Below are positions 58,271 through 64,000 of a stretch of DNA of 64,000 nt, in pieces. Below the pieces are notes generated by a model that did not search any database, was not told the origin of the DNA, and saw nothing but the letters and a program-made list of their open reading frames with translations. A program made the position numbers and the translations under genes. The first letter of the stretch is position 1, and the number at the start of each line of letters is the position of its first letter. Source of the stretch: Candidatus Eiseniibacteriota bacterium (lineage in GTDB: Bacteria > Eisenbacteria > RBG-16-71-46 > CAIMUX01 > VGJL01). The DNA lies in the NCBI GenBank assembly GCA_041946735.1, contig JBHGAY010000003.1:1-64000 (forward strand), in the 5' to 3' direction.

Positions 58271-60208
58271 TCAGATCACTGCGGAGGAGCGGGGCGGGAC
58301 GAAGGGTTTCCGCAGGAGGCGCCGCAGCCGGCCGAAGCGTCCGGCGCGTCCGGGCTCCGACGCCGGCGCGGCGCCCATGCTTGCGCGGGCCGCCATCTTC
58401 CGCGTCATTTCCACGAGCTCGGGCTGGTCGGGCATCAGAGCGAGCGACGCGGCGGCCATCTCCCGCGCCTCCTGAGGAAAGCCGGCCTGCACAAGCGAGA
58501 CCGCCGCGTTCCGCAAGATCCGCGCGTTCTGCGGCGCCAGGGCCGCCGCGCGGTGATGCGCCTGCGCTGCGCCCGGCGCATCTCCCGCCTCGAACCGCGC
58601 CCGCGCCAGGAGATCGAGGATCAGCGCGTCGTCCTCCTCGTTGGCGGCCTGCTCGAGATGGGGCAGCGCCTCGCGCATCCGGCCGAGCCGCTCGAGGGCC
58701 GAGGCGAGCAGGAAGCGCGCCTGCGCGAACGAAGGCTCCTCGCGTACGACATCCGCGAAGAAGGCGCGCGCCGCCTCGGCGTCCCCTTGGACTGCGTCGG
58801 CGACCGCTTTCTCCCATCGCGAGTCGAAGTCCTCCATGCGAGATTCCAGCAGGACGGCATAGGCCGCGCGCCGGACCTCCGGCCGCGAAGCGACCTCGAG
58901 CAGCTTTCGCGCGGTGGCCGCTCCTGCAGCGAGTCCGTCGATCTCGACGCTCACCCGCATCAGCTTCTCCAGGACCGACTCGTCCTCGCTCCCCTCGCTG
59001 ATCCGTCCGCGAAGAATCGCCCGGGCGCTCGCCCCGGCCAATCCGGGTCGCTCCGCGATCTCGGACAGCAGGTCGAGCTGATCGGGTTCGGGACTTTGCA
59101 TCCACCCTGCCTGGGCAACCTCCAGCGCTTCGTCGTCCCGGCCGAGGCTCAGCAGGGCGCGGGCGAGGTTCGTGTACGCGGTCGCCGGGCCGGCCGCTTT
59201 TACCGCCCGGCGGAACAAGGGCTCGGCGGCCTCCGTCCTTCCCTGATTCGCGAGGAGGCAGCCGGCATGATCGAGCAGATTGCCGTCGAATCCGGTCCTG
59301 CCGACCGCCCGCGTCAACAGGTCGACCGACTGATCGAGGAAGCCGTGGGAGGCGAGCCATTCCGCGTATCCCTGCAGCGAGGGAAGGTAGAACGGGTCGC
59401 GGAGGAGCGATTCCGTGTAGGCGCCACGGGCCCCCTCGGCGTCGCCCGCCTGCTGCTTGAGGACCGCCATGTGGAAGAGCGGAACGGGGGAGTGCGGGGC
59501 CAGCTCCGCCCATCTCCCGATCGCGTGGAATGCCGCCTGCCGGTCGCCCTCCGCCGTCGACAGCGCGAGGCTCGCGGCGATCCGCGTCATGCATTCGCGC
59601 GCGATCGGATGGGACGGCTCCCTCTCGAGGCATTGGAGAATCGGCTCGAACAGCCGGTTCGGATCGTCCCGGCCGACACCGAAGCGGAACGCCACGAACC
59701 GCTCGAGAGCGTAGAGGGCGGCGATCGCCGTCCGGCCATCCTCGGTCTTGAACAGCTCCTTCCCGGTGAGCGGGGAGTGAGGCCGGTCGAGCGCGCCGAG
59801 GAGCTGATCGAGCGTGTCCGGCAGGACGGAAAGCAGGTCTTCGGGAACGAGGCGGATCACGGAAGCGGCGAGCGAGTCGCCCCGCCTGTCGAGCAGCCGG
59901 ATGCGGGAGCGATCCGCTTCGAAATCCAGGGTGACGATCGCGTCGGCAGTCGGGACGAGCTGGATCTTGTGGCGCAGGTCGGTCGGCTTCCAAGGCGTGG
60001 GGCGAAGGATGAAGTGGCGAAGGCCGCGCGCATCGGTGACCGTCTCGGGCCAGAGCGAGGAGTGAACGCCCCGGCTTTCCAGCCACAGGCGCAGCCACTC
60101 CAACAGCCCGATGGCGAGCGACACTCGCTGGGGATCGCTGCTGCCGGCGGGGTGGAGCAGGACCAGGTCGGGTTCGCAGGCGACGGCCGGATTCCGTTCA
60201 GGACTCAT
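58271..60208 (-). CDS. Tetratricopeptide repeat protein
   Basis: Repeated helical motifs (AEPLFRRAV, AYTNLARAL, ARFLLASAL, AAALAPQNA). Confidence 0.8.
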   Translation of the reverse strand: MSPERNPAVACEPDLVLLHPAGSSDPQRVSLAIGLLEWLRLWLESRGVHSSLWPETVTDARGLRHFILRPTPWKPTDLRHKIQLVPTADAIVTLDFEADRSRIRLLDRRGDSLAASVIRLVPEDLLSVLPDTLDQLLGALDRPHSPLTGKELFKTEDGRTAIAALYALERFVAFRFGVGRDDPNRLFEPILQCLEREPSHPIARECMTRIAASLALSTAEGDRQAAFHAIGRWAELAPHSPVPLFHMAVLKQQAGDAEGARGAYTESLLRDPFYLPSLQGYAEWLASHGFLDQSVDLLTRAVGRTGFDGNLLDHAGCLLANQGRTEAAEPLFRRAVKAAGPATAYTNLARALLSLGRDDEALEVAQAGWMQSPEPDQLDLLSEIAERPGLAGASARAILRGRISEGSEDESVLEKLMRVSVEIDGLAAGAATARKLLEVASRPEVRRAAYAVLLESRMEDFDSRWEKAVADAVQGDAEAARAFFADVVREEPSFAQARFLLASALERLGRMREALPHLEQAANEEDDALILDLLARARFEAGDAPGAAQAHHRAAALAPQNARILRNAAVSLVQAGFPQEAREMAAASLALMPDQPELVEMTRKMAARASMGAAPASEPGRAGRFGRLRRLLRKPFVPPRSSAVI

Positions 60209-60285
60209 GGCGCGCCTCCCTTATTTCCCCGGGCTTCGTCCTCAACGTAGCACGGAACCGGGGAGATGCGCTCGCGCCTTCGCCG

Positions 60286-63200
60286 CTACCCGGTCGAAAT
60301 CCGGGGGGAAGGAGGGTTGCCGACGCGAAGGCTGGCTGCTTCGGGGACGCCGGCCGGGCCGGCGCCTCCCGCCCCGATCCCTGCCTCTGCCTCGCCCTCT
60401 GCCGCGCGCCCCGCCTCCGCGGCTCGCGCCCTCCCGCCACGCAGCTCCCGTATCCAGACTTGGAGCCGGTCCATCGTCACGTAGAAGACCGGGGTGACGA
60501 AGAGCGTGAGGAGCTGCGAGAAGAGCAGACCGCCGACCACCGCGAGGCCCAGCGGCCGCCGCGACTCGCTTCCCGCTCCGAAGCCGATCGCGATCGGAAG
60601 GGTTCCCATCAGCGCTGCCATCGTCGTCATCATGATCGGCCGGAAACGGACGAGGCACGCCTCGAGGATCGCCTGCTCCGCGGTGCACCGTTCGGCCCGC
60701 TGCGCGTCGAGCGCGAAGTCGATCATCATGATCCCATTCTTCTTCACGAGCCCGACGAGCATGATCACGCCGACGAATGCATAGATCGAGAGATCGACGC
60801 GGAAGAGAAGCAGCGTGAGCAGGGCGCCGAAGCCCGCGAACGGAAGCGCCGACAGGATCGTGAGCGGGTGGATGAACGATTCGTAGAGAATCCCGAGGAC
60901 GAGATAGATGACAAGCACGGCCAGGATCAGCAGGACGCCGAGCCCCTTCATCGACGACTGGAACGCCTGCGCCGTCCCCTGGAAGCTCGTCGTGATCGTC
61001 CCCGGCAGCGTCTCCTGCGCGACGCGGCCGACCTCGGTCACGGCCGATCCGAGCGAGAAGCCGGGCTTCAGGTTGAACGAAAGCGTGACGGCGGGAAGCT
61101 GTCCCGAGTGGTTCACGCTGAGCGGGCCGAGGCTCGGGCGCACGGTCGCGACCGAGCCGAGCGGCACGAGCGATCCCGACAGGGAGGGGATGTAGAGGGA
61201 GGAGAGCGCCGAAGGATCGAGACGATGCTCGGGCAGCAGCTCCAGCAGGACCGCGTAATCGTTGCTGGGAGTGAAGATCGTCGAGATCTGCCGCGAGCCG
61301 AACGCGTTGTACAACGTCTCCTGCACCTGCTCCGAAGTGACGCCGAGCGACGCCGCGCGGTCACGATCGATGTCGACGCTCACCTGCGGATTGCGAATCT
61401 GCAGATCGCTGCTCACGTCGACGATCCCCGGCAGCTCGCGCATCTTCTCGAGCAGGGCCGGGGCGGCGGCGTAGAGCTCCTCGGTGTCCACCCCTTGGAG
61501 CGTCAGCTGATACTGGCTGCGGCTCATGCGGCCTCCGACGTTGATCGGAGGCGGGTTCTGCAGATAGGCGCGGACGCCGGGGACCTTCGCCAGACGGGGT
61601 CGTAGCGCCGTGAGGAACTCGTCGGCCGAAAGGTCACGCTCATCGCGCGGCTTCAGCCGGACGGTCATTCCGCCGCTGCTCGATCCCCCGCGGCCGCCTC
61701 CTCCCGCGCGCGACATGAACGACTCGACGTTCGGGTCGGCGGCGACGATGTCCGCGACCGCTTGCTGATGCTTCACGAACGCGGCGAACGAGGTTCCCTC
61801 GGCCGCCTCGGTCGAAATGCTCACCATCCCGGTGTCTTCGCTCGGCAGGAATCCCTTCGGGATCGTGCGGAACAGGACGCCGGTCGCGACGAGAACGAGG
61901 AGCGAGAAGCCGAGGACAAGGCCGCGATGCGAGAGGCTGAAGCGGAGTCCGCGCTCGTACGCGTGCAGCATCGACTGGAAGACGCGCTCCGAGACGACGA
62001 ATGCATGGCTGTGACGCATCGCCGCCCCATGCGGGCGGAGGAACCGGCTGCAGAGCATCGGCGTCAGCGTGAGGGAGACGAATCCGGAGATGAGGATCGC
62101 GGCGGCGATCGTGACGGCGAACTCGTGGAACAGGCGCCCCACGATCCCGCCCATGAACAGCACCGGGATGAAGACCGCCGCGAGCGAGAGAGTCATCGAA
62201 AGGATCGTGAAGCCGATCTCGCGCGATCCGCGCAACGCCGCTTCCCGGACCCCTTCCCCCTTCTCGATGTGACGAACGATGTTCTCGAGCATCACGATCG
62301 CGTCGTCGACGACGAATCCCACCGACAGCGTCAACGCCATCAGGGAGAGGTTGTCGAGGCTGTAGCCGAGCATGTACATCACGGCGAACGTCCCGATCAG
62401 CGACATCGGCAGCGCGAGGCTCGGGATGATCGTGGCGGAGAGGTTCCTGAGGAAGAGGAAGATCACCAGGACGACGAGGCAGAGGGTCAGGAAGAGGGTG
62501 AACTTCACGTCCTCGACCGATGCGCGGATCGACTCCGACCGATCGATCAGGACGTGGAGCGAGACCGAGGCGGGCAGCTTCGATTCGAAGGTCGGGAGGA
62601 GCGCGCGGACCGACTGCGCGACCTCGACCGTGTTCGTCCCCGGTTGGCGCATGACGGCGACGATCACGGAGCGCTGGTCGTTGTACCAGGCGGCGTTGTT
62701 GTCGTTCTCGACGCTGTCGAGGACGTTCGCCACCTGCTCGAGCCGAACCGGCTGCCCGTTCTTGTAAGCGAGGATCAGCGGGCGGAAAGCACTCGCCTGC
62801 TCCATCTGCCCGGTCGCCTCGATCGTCAGCGACCGGTTCGGACCTTCGAGGGTCCCGGTCGGGAGGCTCACGTTCTCGCGACGCACCGCAGCCGCAACAT
62901 CGTCGAGCGAGATCCCCATGGAAGAGAGCGCCTCGGGATCGACCTGCACGCGCACTGCGTACTTCTGCGCTCCGAAGACCTGCACCTGCGCGACGCCCGG
63001 GACCATCGAGATCCGTTGCGCGATCATCGTCTCGCCGTATTCGTCGAGCTGCGGGAGCGGCAGCGTCGGGGAGGTGAGCGCGAGAAAGAGGATCGGCGCG
63101 TCCGCCGGGTTCACCTTGCGCAGCGACGGCGGCGAAGGCATGTCGGCCGGCAGGCGGCGCAGCGTCGCGGAGATGGCCGCCTGGACGTCCTGCGCCGCGG

Positions 63201-63507
63201 CGTCGAGGTCGCGCGAAAGCTCGAACTGCAGTGTGATCGACGTCGAGCCGAGGCTGCTCGAAGAGGTCATGGAGGAGATCCCGGCGATCGTCGAGAACTG
63301 CTTCTCGAGCGGCGTCGCGACCGAGGAGGCCATCGTCTCCGGGCTCGCGCCGGGCAGCGAGGCGGAGACGGAGATCGTCGGGAAGTCCACGTTCGGCAGG
63401 TTGCTGACCGGCAGCTCGCGATAGCCGAGCACGCCGAACAGGAGGATCGCCAGCATGACCAGGGTGGTCATGACCGGGCGGCGGATGAAGAGCGCGGAAA
63501 TGCTCAC
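60286..63507 (-). CDS. RND efflux permease (MdtB/MdtC-like, HAE1)
   Basis: FIRRPVMTT, PGASPETMASSVATPLE, GFVVDDAIVMLENI, GLVKKNGIMMIDFA and RFRPIMMTT motifs. Confidence 0.96.
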   Translation of the reverse strand: MSISALFIRRPVMTTLVMLAILLFGVLGYRELPVSNLPNVDFPTISVSASLPGASPETMASSVATPLEKQFSTIAGISSMTSSSSLGSTSITLQFELSRDLDAAAQDVQAAISATLRRLPADMPSPPSLRKVNPADAPILFLALTSPTLPLPQLDEYGETMIAQRISMVPGVAQVQVFGAQKYAVRVQVDPEALSSMGISLDDVAAAVRRENVSLPTGTLEGPNRSLTIEATGQMEQASAFRPLILAYKNGQPVRLEQVANVLDSVENDNNAAWYNDQRSVIVAVMRQPGTNTVEVAQSVRALLPTFESKLPASVSLHVLIDRSESIRASVEDVKFTLFLTLCLVVLVIFLFLRNLSATIIPSLALPMSLIGTFAVMYMLGYSLDNLSLMALTLSVGFVVDDAIVMLENIVRHIEKGEGVREAALRGSREIGFTILSMTLSLAAVFIPVLFMGGIVGRLFHEFAVTIAAAILISGFVSLTLTPMLCSRFLRPHGAAMRHSHAFVVSERVFQSMLHAYERGLRFSLSHRGLVLGFSLLVLVATGVLFRTIPKGFLPSEDTGMVSISTEAAEGTSFAAFVKHQQAVADIVAADPNVESFMSRAGGGGRGGSSSGGMTVRLKPRDERDLSADEFLTALRPRLAKVPGVRAYLQNPPPINVGGRMSRSQYQLTLQGVDTEELYAAAPALLEKMRELPGIVDVSSDLQIRNPQVSVDIDRDRAASLGVTSEQVQETLYNAFGSRQISTIFTPSNDYAVLLELLPEHRLDPSALSSLYIPSLSGSLVPLGSVATVRPSLGPLSVNHSGQLPAVTLSFNLKPGFSLGSAVTEVGRVAQETLPGTITTSFQGTAQAFQSSMKGLGVLLILAVLVIYLVLGILYESFIHPLTILSALPFAGFGALLTLLLFRVDLSIYAFVGVIMLVGLVKKNGIMMIDFALDAQRAERCTAEQAILEACLVRFRPIMMTTMAALMGTLPIAIGFGAGSESRRPLGLAVVGGLLFSQLLTLFVTPVFYVTMDRLQVWIRELRGGRARAAEAGRAAEGEAEAGIGAGGAGPAGVPEAASLRVGNPPSPRISTG

Positions 63508-64000
63508 CGGGTCGTCGTCTCCCGTGCGCGGGCGTCGTCGCCGTCACCGGCGCCCGCTCCGCTCCGTCCGGATCGCTGTCCTGCGGCCTCTTCAAGCGAA
63601 GACCGGACCGCTACGCGCGCGCCCGGCACGAGGCGAAGCTGCCCGTCTGTGACGACGGTCGCGCCGGGCAGGACGCCCTCGGCGATCACCGCCTGCTCCG
63701 CGCTGCGCGCCGCGACGCGCACCGGCTGCATCACGGCCTTCTGGTCCGCCCCAACGACATAGACGAACTCCCCGTCCTGCCCGGTCTGCACGGCTGTTTC
63801 GGGCACGACGACCGCCTGCTTCAGCGTCGAGAGGACGAGGTTCACGTCGACGAACTGGCCGGGCCAGAGTGCGTCGGGCTCGTTGGGAAACTCGGCTTTG
63901 AGCAGCACAGTCCCGCTGCCGCGGTCGACCTGGTTGTCGACGAAGACGAGCCGTCCGAGGGACCCCGCCGCCGTCGTTCCGGGCGGCTTCGCCTCCACCG
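63504..64000 (-). CDS. RND periplasmic adaptor subunit (MdtA-like), 3' part only
   Basis: FVDNQVDRGSGTVLLKAEFPN, LWPGQFV and VVTDGQLRL motifs. Confidence 0.92.
   Translation of the reverse strand, partial: VEAKPPGTTAAGSLGRLVFVDNQVDRGSGTVLLKAEFPNEPDALWPGQFVDVNLVLSTLKQAVVVPETAVQTGQDGEFVYVVGADQKAVMQPVRVAARSAEQAVIAEGVLPGATVVTDGQLRLVPGARVAVRSSLEEAAGQRSGRSGAGAGDGDDARARETTTR

Overview
High-GC bacterial window with about 50 genes. No rRNA, tRNA, CRISPR array or transposase could be supported. Eight genes end in a FlgD-Ig/Por-secretion-like C-terminal domain (CTD), which suggests an FCB-related candidate lineage such as Ca. Eisenbacteria (inference only). The headline is a gene the ORF track splits in two: 404..2431 reads through an in-frame TGA (524-526) in a thioredoxin-type U-P-Y-C motif followed by a SECIS-like hairpin. 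It looks like an exported Omp28-like selenoprotein with a CTD, in tandem with a gene whose 3' end is about 95% identical. Other loci of note: (1) a co-oriented cluster of rhomboid, NUDIX, FG-GAP protein, lipoprotein, TonB-dependent receptor, two S8 proteases and a YWTD protein; (2) a sigma54 locus in which a GAF-GAF enhancer-binding protein faces a -24/-12 promoter directly upstream of an Os1348/NHLP-like small protein, a beta-barrel, a DJ-1 protein and an MBL hydrolase; (3) a Crp/Fnr-YwiC-hemerythrin module with a candidate operator; (4) a 14-repeat FG-GAP protein. Several genes appear leaderless, and short intergenic tandem repeats recur. Housekeeping and transport genes include PPi-PFK, thrC, cydAB, glgP, an RNB nuclease, and ABC-2, MacAB-like, RND and MFS transporters. 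All calls come from motif recognition by eye; no searches were run.
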